Shown here piece after piece: positions 12,323-27,400 of a DNA stretch of 64,000 nt (within the stretch, counting starts at the first letter, position 1; every line of letters begins with the position of its first letter). Location: the NCBI RefSeq assembly GCF_001194135.2, contig NC_068981.1:115385287-115449286 (forward strand), read 5' to 3'. Below the pieces are notes generated by a model. It was not told where the DNA came from and did not search any database. It saw only the letters and a program-made list of their open reading frames with translations. The stretch is from Octopus bimaculoides (lineage: Eukaryota). A program made the translations under genes and the position numbers.

Positions 12323-14469
12323 TGCGTGTGTATACACACACGTGCATATATTTTTAATGTACAGAAAACTGCACACATACACATACTTTTTCTCTTTCTC
12401 CTCTTTTGTTTTTTTTACTACTCACAAGCTCAGATAATAACAACGCCAAACGCAGAAGCATCTCCCTCATTCAATGAAATTGCGTTATTAATGGACGAAA
12501 GAATCGGTAATGTATAGAATAAAATATAAGAAATATAAGATGTAGTAGTTAGTAACACTCTTTACATTCTGCAATCAAATGCAGCGAGATTAAGTTTGTC
12601 TTTTATCCACCTGGGCTTCATAACATACGCTTTAGCTAAACGCTGTAGTCTATAACCTTCCCCACATTTTGTCATTTTGTGCCAATATTAGGATTTTTCA
12701 ATAAATAGATACCATTTCTAACAGAATATATACCATAATTAATCTGTGTTGATGTCCTGACATTCAGACCTATAGTCTTTTTCCTAAGAAAAAAAAATAC
12801 TCAATAACATTATTTAATGTATCCCATTTTATGACTTGAGTGCGATACGAAAATGCTATTGCTATTTTTAGCATGTCAAACAATTACATAGAAGCTTTCT
12901 CATTGGCTTAAATTATCTTCGTGTTCGTATATGGCAACAGCATATATGATATACAAAAAGATAGACGAATATCTTAGTGTTAGATGTCTCAGTGAACTAA
13001 TGTGAAGATCTGGATAGATTCTTTCTTGTAGTCATTTTCAGTTCCCCTTTCATAAACATTGTAAGATCTAATCTATCCTCTGGGAGTTGCTTCCATAGAC
13101 ATAAGATTTAATTTTCAGATTGGAGATATAGCAGATTTAATCAACCAGGTATATATTTTTCCTGCATATCTTGGAGTCTTACAAAAGACGATAAGTAAGT
13201 TTTGACTCTTGCAAGGTTTGATCTTATAATCTAGAGGTTAGAAAATAAATTCCATTTTCGTTGCGCCCTACATAAAACACAACAATTATCTATAATATTT
13301 TTCTGCTTGTGATGACATTTGTTCGAGTGTTATCTACCTTAACTATGGAACAAAATGAAAGCCATAATCGAAATTTTTCCCGTAACAAAATAAAGTTATG
13401 CAGATCTACAAATTTATGAGCCAAAACAAATAAGAACAATGTTATCGATAAAACCTAGAAGAAGTTGCTTCTTTTCCATTCACTTTCGTGTACGTAGCTT
13501 TGACCAGGAGGAATTGAAGTTAGCAGACAGTATCCAACAATCATCGGGTGTTTCGATCTGGAATCGTAACGTCCTTCTGTTGGTGGTTCAGCAGTGGTGG
13601 CCAAATCTCCTCATGTCTGCTAGCTTTATACTTTCCCCTTGCCCCATAACTAGCAAGTGGTTCTTTCTGCTGCCTCTCCCATCCTACGCACAACCACCCA
13701 TTGCTCTTCTAATTGCAGGAGGAATTGAAGTTATCAAGCAGTATCCAACGATCGTTAGATGTTTCGACCCTGAACAGTAATACCCTCCCGTTGGTGGGTC
13801 AGCAGAGGTGGTCAAATCACTGCTCAACATCTCCTCCTGGCCTCCATCTTAACTCTTTTCTCTTGCCCCATAACCAGCAAGAGGTTGCTTAAAATTTCCA
13901 GGCACCACACTAATATTTAAATCAATGTTGATAGCAACGGTAGAAAGTGATATACGAATGGTCGGGACGAAATACTGTTCTCGTTCACCCACTACAAAGA
14001 AAATTGGCTTTATGCCTAGTCAAACATCTAAATTCTGTTTGAGAAAATTGAACTAGCATAAGTTGCATAAAACACTGTTTTAACTGTTTCACAATAAGTC
14101 GATATCTTTGTTTCAAACGCCTACTTCTTTGAATTTTTTTTTATCAAATTTGAAGTCGATAAATGAACAAGTAGTAAATAGTGCAGAAACTATTGATTCG
14201 ATTATATCTCGTCACTTACAAAAATCGACAACCGTACCCCTGCTGTTTCTATGAAGGCCATACACATTTCTTCGTCCATCACCCCACTTTCATATTCTCT
14301 TACACCATCGTCCAGATCTCTTTGAGAATCATTTCCTGTAAAGCGTCTGTCTTTTGAGTCATATTGATACAACTCTGTCATTGACTCCTGGTTACCGGAA
14401 GTAAACCTCTGAAAAATATGTTATCTTTGGTGTCAAAGATAGTACATGTTTAGAGCCGTGTTAATTTTA

Positions 14470-14471
14470 CA

Positions 14472-14508
<37 letters not shown>

Positions 14509-14583
14509 GCTGCTGCCGCTGCTGCTGCCGCTGCTGCTGCCGCTGCTGCTGCCGCTGCTGCTGCCGCTGCCGCTGCTGTTGCT
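14470..14583. repeat. Compound trinucleotide repeat (ACT)n-(GCT/GCC)n
   Basis: Directly visible; produces a spurious poly-Ser/Gly ORF. Confidence 0.9.
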
Positions 14584-14591
14584 GAGTAATA

Positions 14592-14623
<32 letters not shown>

Positions 14624-14693
14624 NNNNNNNNNNNNNNNNNNNNNNNNNNNNNNNNNNNNNNNNNNNNNNNNNNNNNNNNNNNNNNNNNNNNNN

Positions 14694-14724
<31 letters not shown>

Positions 14725-15446
14725 ATGCATCAGAAATCTGCTGATAGTATTACTTCGCATAAAATCTACACATGCACATTTTTTTATTCGGATCGGTTTC
14801 GGTAATGAGTAACCCAGTTATTCGCCCAGATGAATTACCCTCATATTGTATTGTTGTGTAAACGATGTAGTTATTTCACATCCGCGTAATCCACTGGTAG
14901 AATCGACATGATACATGTAGGTAGATACAACCCGATAAGTTTCCATTATTTCTGTCTTTTACTCACAAGGTCTTGGTTGCTTGATACTCTGGTAAAAGCA
15001 CTTACCGTAGATGACAGACAGTAGAATCGAACCCAAAACTGCATGATTGCGAAGCAACTCCTTAAGTTGAAAAAATATGTACAGAATGACATTCTTGCTC
15101 TCATATACACTGACATGCAAACGTACATAAATTTAATTTGAAGTATTGTATATTAGGGTAAAGAGCCCCTCGGTCACGAATAACCATGCGATTGCATCTA
15201 GAAAGTTACCCTCAGAGGCGCAGGTCCGGTCAAGATTATTTATTAAAGACCAGCAGTCATCCATGCATACCAGCCTCCTCTCTCCACGCCACCGCTGTTA
15301 TTCAAAGGAAAGGCAAAGGCTGATACAACTTGGCACCAGTGATGTCGCAACTCATTTCTACAGCTGATTGAACTGGAGTAACATGAAATAAAGTGTCTTG
15401 CTCAAGAGCACAATGACACACACATGCACGCACACATATATGTATA

Positions 15447-15612
15447 TAAGACGGGCTTCTTTCAGTTTCCGTTTACCAAATTCACTCACAAGGCTTTGGT
15501 CGGCCCGTGGCTATCGTAGAAGATACTTGCTCAAGGTGCCACATAGTGGGACTGAACCCGGAGCAATGTGATTGGGAAGCAAGTTTCTTATGACACTGCT
15601 CCGCCTATGCCT
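15447..15612 (-). mobile_element. SINE family A, 5' half (tRNA head plus CORE-like segment)
   Basis: Minus strand has a GGGTTCAGTCCC B-box followed by GGCACCTTGAGCAAGT, resembling the CORE-SINE CCTTGGGCAAGT motif. Confidence 0.75.
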
Positions 15613-16829
15613 ACCCCACCCCACCGATAGTAATCTTTCGGATTATTCACGATAAAAAAGAAAAATTCGAAGGAAAAAATATGAACGTTCCATTACAATC
15701 AGTTGCTTTATTTACAGATGTGTACATATCTCAACCTAGATTCGAACTACAGACCATTATTTCTAAAACTAAGATTATTTACGTCCTTGTCACTGCACGT
15801 GTATCTACGTGACAGAATCGGTGAGAATGTGAGGAAGTTTCTCGCAACTTCAAAGTGAACTGAACATATGTGATTTTTTGAAAACATGAAAAAGGGTTGC
15901 TGAACAAACCCTCCTAGTTATCTCATACACAAATCAGAGCATGCAGAAGCGAAGTTCTTTGTTGCAAAGAAGACCCTGGCCATTGAAAGATTGAGATGAC
16001 TACATAACATAATATAGTCGGCAGTCTATTGAGGTTTGATGAACTTTCATATTGTGATGTTAGCATTTTATTTACTTACTTTACTTTACATTTCTTATTT
16101 TGCGCCGTCCTGTCTTGTCATGTCTCGATAACGTGTTTTCTACCATTTAACATGGCTTATATTACAGACAATATATAAGACGAAGTCGTATAATGTTGTA
16201 TGTATTGTGTTACAGCAACGGCATTAATAATAAAACAACAAACAAATGTGATCAAGAGCCATGAACCCGCTTAATAGAGATCCAAGATAAAAGTGTTTTT
16301 CTTTTCTAATCGACAAGTAGTGTTAACATCTTCAGCAATGACAAAAAATATCAGCAGCAGTAGCAATTACAACTACCACCACCACAGCCAAAACGACCGA
16401 TGATAAGGTTGGTAAGTTCTTTAATTGGTTGGCATGGGACATGAAATTTATGTTGGGAGTAACCTGCGAAGTTCATACTTTTCATAAGCAGCAATAATAA
16501 TTCCGAGAGAAGCAATGAAAGTCAATAACCGCAACTAATGACACAAACAAGCAAATTAAAGATGATAGTGATAGAGAAAATATGCAGAAGTGTTAATGCT
16601 ACGTATAAAGCAATGCGCAGTAAAAACAAAGAAACGTATATCTTACAGCCAGAGAAGAGTTATACACCAGTATGCAGTTTCATCTTTTCAACAAAGTTAG
16701 TGATGCCATAATATAAGCAAAATTAATTAAAAACAAAGGCATTTGTCTGTAAAAGTAGAGCGATTTCATGGACAATTAGAGAAAAATAACATGTAATTAC
16801 ACCTTGATTTTGGGAATTGGTCGTGTATA

Positions 16830-17125
16830 GGAGCTGCTTCTTCTTGCTTTCTACTTCATGCTCTTGCTCGATGGGGCTGGGATCATCCCAGATTAGACGT
16901 CATCATGTATAGAGCCGACTAGTTCCACCAGTGCTCTCTATCGCTGGCAGTCCTATGTCAGTCTTTCACCATCCTCCAGAGTGATGTCAAGTATCCGGAG
17001 ATCTTCCTTAATCACGTTCAGTCATTTGGTGAGGGGTCTGTCACGAGGCCTCTTCCGGCCCGCAGCTGCTGCGTCAAATGAGAGTAAAGCTCTGTTAGGA
17101 TGATCTAGCGTTCGACGGAGGACGT
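16830..17125 (-). mobile_element. RTE-clade LINE 3' end
   Basis: Minus frame R..P.RALLSFDAAAAGRKRPRDRPLTK*LNVIKEDL is the RTE C-terminal KRxRGRP..W...KxDL motif. Confidence 0.65.
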
Positions 17126-17875
17126 TGGAAATAATCAACTGTGTAAAAGAGATTTGAAGAAAAATAAGGAGTGGATTCTAATTGGTGATATGAATCAGCA
17201 GGCACGAACTAGCAAAGGAGCATATGCATTGATGTTGGATACCAAAAAATTACAGCCAACTTTCTCTCACACTAGACGCCACAGTCTTAAACAGAGGAAC
17301 GAGAGATTATATAATGCAGTTATAGGTAGCCTTGAAAATATGGAATAGTCACAAGGAAATCTTTGGCTGTGAAGCTGCTCATTCATGGTTAATCAAGGGA
17401 TTAAAAAGTAGTCAATAGAGATTTAGATACAAAATTTAAAATATATTTAGGAAATATAACAGAAAGATTCATTATCAAAATAAATAAATATAATGAATAA
17501 TAAACGAGAACGAAGCAAGGTATTTAAGCGAAGTCATTATGCATCAGACAATTTGAAACATGTGAATGTTTCGTAACGTACAATAAATTATTTGAAGAAG
17601 CTCGAAAACTAAATACAACAGAAGTAATAGATATGCCTCGAAAGCCAAAAGAAAAAAATTGGAAAAGATTGGTCACTCACATATCAATGAGCTGCATGTA
17701 AATAGTGCAAAAAATATATATAAAAAAAAACTCATACTTCAATAGCTGTTTCAAATTAGAAACATTTAGAAGAATGTAATATATAATTACAGTAGAATAA
17801 TATAAGATATTCAACTGAAAGCAAGGCTCATATTTCTGAATTTGCTTGATAAGAAGACAAAATGTGTTTCTGTAT

Positions 17876-18092
17876 ATTGGCTTCAAATTTTGGGCACAAG
17901 ACCAACAAGTTTGGGGAAGGGGATTAGTCGATTACATCGACCCCAGTGCTCAACCGGTACTTATTTTATCGACCCAGAAATTATGAAAGGCAAAGTCGAC
18001 CTCGGCGTAATTTGAACTCTGATCGAAAAGACGGACGAACTAACACTAATCATTTTGCCCAATGTGTTTACGACTCTGCCAGCTCGCTACCC
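17876..18092 (-). mobile_element. SINE family B
   Basis: Full match to the family motif caaattttgggcacaag...catcgaccccagtgctcaa...aaggcaaagtcgacctcggc...tttgaactc. Confidence 0.8.
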
Positions 18093-18444
18093 TTGTTTGT
18101 ATTTCTGTACATTAGAGAGTTATCTGATATCCAATGTTAAAGTCTATAACTTCCTGGTAAAGTCTGAAAACATACACATGTTGTCTTCCCGTGTGTATAT
18201 TTGCTTTTCTGACTTGAGAAACTTATTTAAATCAAAAGTGGTTAATCTCAAAAGATTTCTTGTATCTAACCAAAGTAACACGTAATATCATTGACAACGG
18301 TATCGATGATAAGCTAAAAATCCACAGAGAAGAGGAAATTCCTTGAAAAATTCGATGGACAGATCGTAGATATTTATTACCAGCAATTAACTTATCAGAA
18401 TTTCATATTTTTATCAACGTACAAACATTATGAACAATATCTTT

Positions 18445-18785
18445 TTTACTTGTTTTAGTCATTAGATTGCGGTCCTGCTAAGACACTGCCTTGAAGAATT
18501 TTAGTCGAACGAATCGACACGAGTACTTTCTTTAAACCGAGTGCTTATTCTATCTGTCTCTTTTGCTGAACTGCTACGTTACGGGAACAGCGGTTGTTAG
18601 GCAGCGGTGGGGGGGGGATACAAAGACAGACAGACACACATTCAGTTTCCATATATCAAATCAACTGTCAAGGCTTTGGTTGGCCCGAGGCTGTAGTAAT
18701 AGACACTTGCCCAATGTATCACGCAGTAGGACTGAATCCAAAACTATGTGCTTGAGAAACAAACTTCTTACTGCCCAAACATGCT
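18445..18785 (-). mobile_element. SINE family A, near full length, diverged
   Basis: Collinear with the 46437 and 63130 copies. Confidence 0.75.
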
Positions 18786-20295
18786 TTCTGTAGTATGCTA
18801 GATATGATGACTTTGGAAAGGTTTTCAGTAATGTCAAACATGGTCATGCACTTCAATCTCCATGAATCAGTTGTGTTTCATGCCTGATATCTATTCTATA
18901 CATGTCGTTGTGTAACGTATTGGTGCACCCTCTAACTTTTTTCTACTACGGTTCAGACGATTTCATCTTCTTTTTCCCCAAAACACTTCATCCCTAGCTG
19001 TTCTCTTTACATCTGGTTGCAGTTTTTGAAGACAAATAAGATTGAAAAAACCCAAGGAGTTTTCCCTCTTCATATAATTCCTTAAGCTTTTTTTCTGTAA
19101 TTCTAGTATTTTTTCCAACTCTACTTTAAATTTCTTTACTAGCTGTACTTCACCTTCTCTCTTTGAGAAATTAACAAGGATCGACATAAAAATTGTTAAC
19201 GATTCTCTTGGAGGAAACAGTCACAAGAATCTTGATACGCTCAACAGATCTAAGGATGCTGGTACAGATATAGAAAACGCTGGAAGAATAACAGTGGAAA
19301 CAGAACTTTCTGACCGTTATGGAAGAAAAAAAATATTCGCTTCAAATTTTGACACAAGGCCAGCAATTCCAGGGAAGGGAGTAAGTCGATGACATCGATC
19401 CCAGTACTCACATGTGCCGCATAGATAAGATTGAAAAGGTTCAAGGTGTTTTTTCCTTTTCCTAGTATTTTTCCATCTCTGTTTCAAATTTCTTCACTAT
19501 CAGTACTTCACTTTCACTTTTTGTCACCTCATTTACCTCCACCATAATCTGTTTCCCATTAAAATAATTACCATTCCTAATGGGTATTAAATCATCTCCT
19601 TCTCCATTAATACCTTGAACAACTTCTGTTGCATTTATTCTGAACACCAAATATTCAGTCGTGGTTTCATCTTCACTCCAAAACCAGTTATTTTTTCTTA
19701 TTCTACATTTATGAGTCATCAATTTAGTTTAAGAGATTTCACTCATTACAAACTTTTGCCAAAACTGAAAGATTCTAGTTTATATACCTCTATGACCATC
19801 GGCCTAACATGATACGTGCAATGTCTTATCAGGGTAATTCTACATGGCCTGGCCGTGCTGAATCTACAAGCAACCAACTTGCTCGAGATGCGCGCAAGGC
19901 AATAAAACCGTCTGGCATACATTCGTTCAGTGTGCGTACATTACTAGTTTGTGGATTTATTTCGAATTGCTGTTACCACGGGCAGGACAGATGAATATAG
20001 CTAGCTGAGTCTATCGGGAAGCTCGAACTACTCTCTTCATGTGGTGGTCAGTGTTACCACAGATCTGTATTGGGTTCCAATATTTGCTCTGAGTAGTTGT
20101 CTCCCCTCAGGTTCGAGATGATTTCTTTGTTGTGAATTTTTTTTTATATTTTGTTTCATATTTTTACAAATTTTTATGTAAAAACCTACATTATTGAATC
20201 GTAAACTTTGTACTGACACCATTGTTTTTGAGCCCATGTTGCTTATGAAGAAAGTCTTCTTTTTATCATCATCACCATCATCATCATCATCATCA

Positions 20296-20348
<53 letters not shown>

Positions 20349-23300
20349 TACAATATAAGAAATTTGTGAACCTTTTGCTTTCCTTTCTTCTTTTGAAATT
20401 AAATGTTTTTTGAGCACAGATTCCATTCTGACTTTAATAAATAATGTACATTTTTANNNNNNNNNNNNNNNNNNNNNNNNNNNNNNNNNNNNNNNNNNNN
20501 NNNNNNNNNNNNNNNNNNNNNNNNNNNNNNNNNNNNNNNNNNNNNNNNNNNNNNNNNNNNNNNNNNNNNNNNNNNNNNNNNNNNNNNNNNNNNNNNNNNN
20601 NNNNNNNNNNNNNNNNNNNNNNNNNNNNNNNNNNNNNNNNNNNNNNNNNNNNNNNNNNNNNNNNNNNNNNNNNNNNNNNNNNNAGCGATATTTCCATAAA
20701 CAAAACATTAGATTAAAAGTAATAGGCTAAAAGAATAGCAATGAGAGGAAAAATTTCGTTCTTCTATTTTTCCTTTTTCTTTTTATGGCGGCGAAACTAT
20801 GATCAAATAACAGTGACAACTAATTGTAATTTTCAGTTTCTGGTAAGATAATATGAATATCGTGAGAAAAATAAGCATCGTTTAAGATAAACAGTTATCT
20901 ACCAAAGAGTTAACTGTAACATTACGTGATATGTCATCTCACTCGCTAAAGGATAGTTGTAGGTTGACATAGAATTCAAACAGCGATACGGACAATAATG
21001 GAAACACAAGGAGATTCTTCTGATACACTTGTATTAATATATAAGCATGTATGCGTGAATATGTGCCTTTATGGCATATGTAAACTTCCTTTTGTGTGTA
21101 CGAATGTTTGTGTGTGTGTGTGTGCACACGCACACACACATACACACACGCATATAAAACAGAAGGTGGAAATACACAATTTTCACTGATAGATCATATT
21201 TGCTTTCAACAGCTGTTTCATTCGGAATCATTAATTTTTCAATTATTTAATCAATATAATTAATTCATATAACAATTAATTAACATAATTAATATAACAA
21301 CTAATACAAATTAGTTTAAACTAAATTAATTTGAGACAAATGTTTATACAAAATCATCAGGAATACTATCGGTTGCAGCATCCATTAAGTATTGCAGCAT
21401 CCATTAGGTATTTAAGACAGCGACGGTTTATGATTAGCATAGCTGGTAGTATTCCTGATGGTTTCGAATAAACATTGCTTTAAATTTATTTACATTACTT
21501 TATTAGGTATCTTGATTGCATAATTATAGAATTCCCAACAAAACAACTGTGGAAACTAATTAAATTATGATCCATGTGTGAAATTAATGATATTTATTCT
21601 AAATATATGTTGATTCTAAGGATCGATTGCATATATAAATGCAAGACATTTCCACTAAATTTCTGAAATCTTGTAACATGTTAGAGTTCAATGTTGTTAA
21701 CTGAGCTCTTAATTACTGTGGCTATTTAGTTTTTGATGAAGATCAAATATGAATCCGGTTAAGTTCATCAAGGTTATATTACCACAGAATGAAGCATCCC
21801 TCTAAGTGTCATTTCAAATTTTTCACTAGATACTTCTGAAAATTGATGCTGTACATTGTTACAGCTTGTTAATACTGTCGGGCTTGTAGATACGCTATGA
21901 CTAATTTGGCGTAGGTTGGGTAAACTGTTGTTACCATCACAGTTCCAGACATTTGTAGTTAGGTGGATTCCTAGAAAATGAAGAAGCTGTTCTGAAGGAT
22001 GAATTTTTTTTTATCTTTTGAATCTGGAATTTCATCAAAGAATTTTCTTAATTACAATACACAACCCAGAACCATTCAACATTATACATATGAACATACC
22101 ATTATTGAGACAAGACCCAAGAATGAAAAAGGCAACTTGAATCACATGCAAAATAAATAAATCCCTAAAAAAACTATTTCCAGAGCGAAAGTACTTACTA
22201 AAGACTCGACTCAAATAGTTAAAGTGTTGCCGTTCTAATTGAGTAACTAGTGATAACCCTATTGGGGACACATCATATGTATATAAACGAGCACAAGGTC
22301 TTAATGTGAAAAAACACTTTACGTTTTCTTCAAAATTTAATATTTACCACCATAAATATTTACCACCATAAATAAATAAGGAAAATTCATTTATAAAAAT
22401 ATATAAGCTACGACTGAACAGGCTACAAAAGCATCAACAATATACGATTCGTCATAAACTATTAATGCTATCTATAGTACTAAAAAAATCCTGTCGAGGA
22501 GTGTGATTCATATAGCTCTTTTAAACTCCTTAATTACACTTTAATTTTGGGGATAGCAAGCTTTTACTTTCACCCAACTCTCTTTACCTTTCCTTCTGTG
22601 CGCGTGTGGAGTAGTTAGTTGTGCGTGTTATTTTGTTCAATCTAAATCATTGACACAACCAAAAGGCTAAAATTTCGGCTTTCATCTTTTAACGATATTT
22701 TCCCGTCATGTGACATATCTATTGAACAAAAGTCTGACCTGATCTTCTTGCACGGTCATCTCATGATCTTACCACATCAACTTGCCAGAAAACTGACCCA
22801 AAATTTCTTTAGCTCACCACGTGAGCGCCCTCAACCAATCAATCTATATCTTATCTGATTGCGTTCTGAGCCAATTAATTACACACACACACGCACACGC
22901 ACACACACACGCACACGCACACCCACACACACACACCCACACACACACACACAGAGTATATTACTGGTTATGGCTTATAACTGGTCAGAATGTTACCATT
23001 TGATGCGCACCTAACATTGCATTTAACAATATTGACGACGCTGNNNNNNNNNNNNNNNNNNNNNNNNNNNNNNNNNNNNNNNNNNNNNNNNNTATTCGAT
23101 TTTAAGTCAATTTTAATATAGTTGCCACCATTCAAATTTTGGAGTCATGGTGGTCTGACTTGTCATATAGGAAAACGTGCCTACCTCACATTCAACACAC
23201 ACTTCGTTTCAAACACAGCCCTATCGTATAAATGAATGTGTTATCTAAAATGGAGTTGATCAGGCTTTCGAGTCAGATATGACTCCATTCAATATTGTAT

Positions 23301-23377
23301 GTATAACAAGTATTACTCTGTGGGTGGTAGAGAGAAAGAGAGAGAGAGACAGAGAGCAGAAAGGTGAGAGAGAGAGA

Positions 23378-23415
<38 letters not shown>

Positions 23416-24369
23416 TGGAGAGAAGGGTGAAATCGAAAATTAACAATAGCATTTCTGTCTTTTCTTGTCCTTCTGTCTGACTTTCTGTCGGTGTCCACAA
23501 TTTTCTTCATATTTACCTACAGGCGGAAAATATGTTTGAAACAAAAGGCGTGTGGGATCCATTCTGTCTCCTAGTATTCCACACACCCTAAAAATTAACT
23601 GTCATAAACAGGACTATGTCTGGGATGATGGAGGGGCGGTATAGCTTTTAGTGGAGCTAAGACACATTCATAAGTGTAAACATATGTATGTATATATAAA
23701 CATACATGTATATATGTAAGTACATACACATACATAAGTATGTATGTATATATACATACAGGTATATATGTAAGTACATACATATACATAAGTATGTATG
23801 TATATACATAATATATACATATATATACATACTTACATATATTTGTGTATGTGTATGTATATATATATGTGTGCTTACGTACATGAACATATGGATATAA
23901 GTCTGTCTGTCTCTCTATATATATGTGTATATATATATATATATACATATAGTGAGGGACACATGCACACATATATATAGACACATATATATCCATATAT
24001 ATATATGTGTATAGGTGTATACATATGTATATGTATGGTTATATATTGATGTGTAAATATATACATATATATATATATTATATATGTGTGTATGTGTATG
24101 CTGACGTGTGTATGCATACATGGGCACACACATATGTGTAAGCATGTATGTATATGTGGTGTGGCTCCAATTTTGACCTGGTTATAAACAATGAATTCGC
24201 TATGAAAACATTCCCAAACAAGGTTCCATTGTTGGCTGGACTGTAAAAAGCGAAACGAAACAAAGGGTTTCGTGTAGCTGTCCCTTAAACATACTTGCTT
24301 GGTTGGTGCGACTGTATAAATGACACGTGTGTATATGTGTATATACGAGCCTCTGCGTGTATACACACA

Positions 24370-24400
<31 letters not shown>

Positions 24401-27400
24401 CCATATATGTCCATTCAAACATACATACAGTCAAACACACATACATACACACTCACAGATATATATATATATAATTTATGTAGATGCGTGTCTAATTCTA
24501 TGAGTGTGCCTGCTACCTGCTTTAAATTTTAACAACTATAATTATTTATTTTCCTCTCAGGTGTCTTGTTCAATACATATTTATTTGCATTTGTAACAAT
24601 CAAATATTCTTAATCTCGGTGTTATGAGGAAATTGTCATTGAGGAAACTAAATTAAAGTGAGTGCTTTTGTGCTAGTTTTGGTGGTTTTTGTGGTATGAG
24701 AAATCTAAATGGCTCAACTAGGAATCCAATATACGGTTTGTCTGGTTCTTATTGTTATACAGCTCAACGGTAAAATCTACCTGAAATATGGACTAGTGGA
24801 CCAGTATCTTCGTTTATATGCTCTTAAGTAACATTGAAACGTATCAAATCCTCGAGAAATTTCAAAGGGAAATAACTTCACTAATTTTTAACAAATCTTT
24901 TTTTATGAATGAAATTCACATTGTTGTATTTTATATTTACTCTATAACTTCGATATTTTCCGTCTGAGACATAAAGGAATCGCAAAATAAACAACTTTAA
25001 CTTGATAGAATTGTAAGAATAATTTAATAAAATTAGTACCACTAAATTAGTTTAAAAAAAAAAGACGAGCGAATTGCAATATTTTAAATAGGTGGTCATT
25101 TTCTATTTACTATAAGTCTACAAAAGGCTTAATGATAAAAAATAAGCAAACGAATAGATGTTAATAAATAAACAAATAAATAGGTGAATAAATATATAAA
25201 CAAACAAATTATATTATGAATGAAAGTAATCAGATTTCCTGTATAGACTTTTCCCGCTAACACGTACAAATGTCAAACCTTACTATAAATATAGTTTATG
25301 TGTAATGGCGTCAAGTGAAAGCTTTTGTTTCTTTCATGTCTGTTTTTAGTTTTAAATATTATGTGTACTTTATTTTTTTCCTTTCTTCCTCTTCCACTTT
25401 CATTGCATATTCTTTGCTTATTATTATTGTTGCGGTTGTTGTTGTGCTTGTGGTGGTGGTTGTTAACTACTGTTTGACACCAGACTTACATTGTTCAACA
25501 GACGATTCACGCATCTTGTCTAGTTAGTTATATAAGCCCTATTTTTTAATAATTTCTCTTTCTTCTTTCTTTCATAATTGAGTGGGTTTGCTGTTTCTCT
25601 AGTTGATGTAGTTACTGTTGCCGCTGCTAGTATTGCTGCTGTGTTATTTTCTTTTGTTTCCTTTGTTTAAGATGTCGGCCCACACATCCTAGAATACTTC
25701 CATTCACTCTAAGCTTACACATTTTGCACGTTGTCTCAAACAAGTGTATTCGTTAAAAGAAAAGAAAAACGAATTCTCACGTAAGGCAAGAAACAGAGCG
25801 AAACATGTTTGTGAAGAGAACAAATGTGTGGATAAATGGAAATATTTCATTCTCACGAACGTAGGACGGCACCATTCTTACATAATATATAAACATATGA
25901 ATACATGCATGCATGTATTTATATCTTTATATATTATATTTATATTTTGATATCTCCATTTATATATTATATACATACACTGGCACTTCTGGCTATGATA
26001 GCAATGTTTAGATAACAATTTGAAAAGGCTAGGATTTTCAGGCTAAGGCATCTGCTACCATACACTTCACAAATGCAATCTGAAAGTGGAACAGTAAAAA
26101 TATGCAAGCCTTTTCTAAAGTTCAATTTCTAACATTTATCGTTGTTGTTATCCCACTCCCCTTCATTGTATGAAGAACTAAAATAATAATAAAATGAAAG
26201 AAATATACACATACCATAGAGAAACATATCCATTAAAATGTCTGTTAAGTGCATACACAAAAGTTATTTCAGTAGAAAAGAAAAAGTATGTACAGTATAG
26301 TCGTAGAACTTAGATCCCCTGCTGACATGAACAATTCTTCCAAAACCAATAAGAAAGAAAATGCTTACGGACAATTTTTTCGAAACCAACAGCTTTTCTA
26401 CGGAGTTTATTAATTTACATTTATGCCGATCATTATTTATTCATTTGGCTAACTTACAGTATCGTAAAATCAGGCGTTTTAGGTACAGAAAGCAACTTAC
26501 TAGCTCAGACTTAACAAATATCACATGTAAACGGAACAGTTAAAATATGCAAAAATTTACTAAAATTCAACCTACAGCATTTACCGTTTTAGTTATTTGA
26601 GTTTAAGAGATAGAACATTTTTCTTTGCCAAGAACCAGACCCTTCTTTATAGGAAAAATTCAAATAATGAAAAAGGGAAATACATACATATACAATTACG
26701 CACATATAAATACATACATAAATCACGCGTAAACTAAAATGTGCTTGCATACATATTAAGAGCTACACTCAGAATGTATATACAATTGAATGAATAAATT
26801 GAATTACACAAAAATTAATGAATAAAGATGAGAACGCAATTTCACAAGAGCGAAAATATAACGTTATCTTAATGATGCATTGCACTGCGAATTTTGCGCA
26901 CATTAGAACAATTTCTTTTTACTAATTTCGCTTTAATAATACTTATATGGTTGTTTGGGCATAAACTTTGAAATATCCCTGAAATTCTCAAGAATCATGA
27001 TTATTAACGAAATAATCTTGTTTTAGCGCAAGAAGATTATTCTCAATGATGATATCATTGTTCTCTAAATTAGATAAAGTGACACAAGTGTTGACAAGAA
27101 GAAAGGTTAATTATATCGATCTCAGTACTTGACTGATGTATTTTTATCAATCCCGGATGTATGATGCAAACTTGACCTCGAACACAGAGACGTAAAGGAA
27201 CGCCGACAATTAGTCTAACACTTCTGACTTTGTCAATCTACAGCCTTTTGTTTAGTCATTGTTAATTACAATAAGATTGTTATTCATATATCGAAATCTT
27301 ATTGTGATGTTAAACTAATATTTTATATTAAGAAGGTGAATGGCAGTGAAGATGGTAACAAACCTTGCAGTATTTGATTGCGTCGTTTTACGTTTTTGAG

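Noticed and set aside
24540-24630. Strong-looking acceptor ttttcctctcag|G at 24560, considered as an extra ADAMTS exon
   Set aside because: No ADAMTS-like translation, an early stop in the phase-1 frame and no convincing donor; exons 2 and 3 already join in frame.
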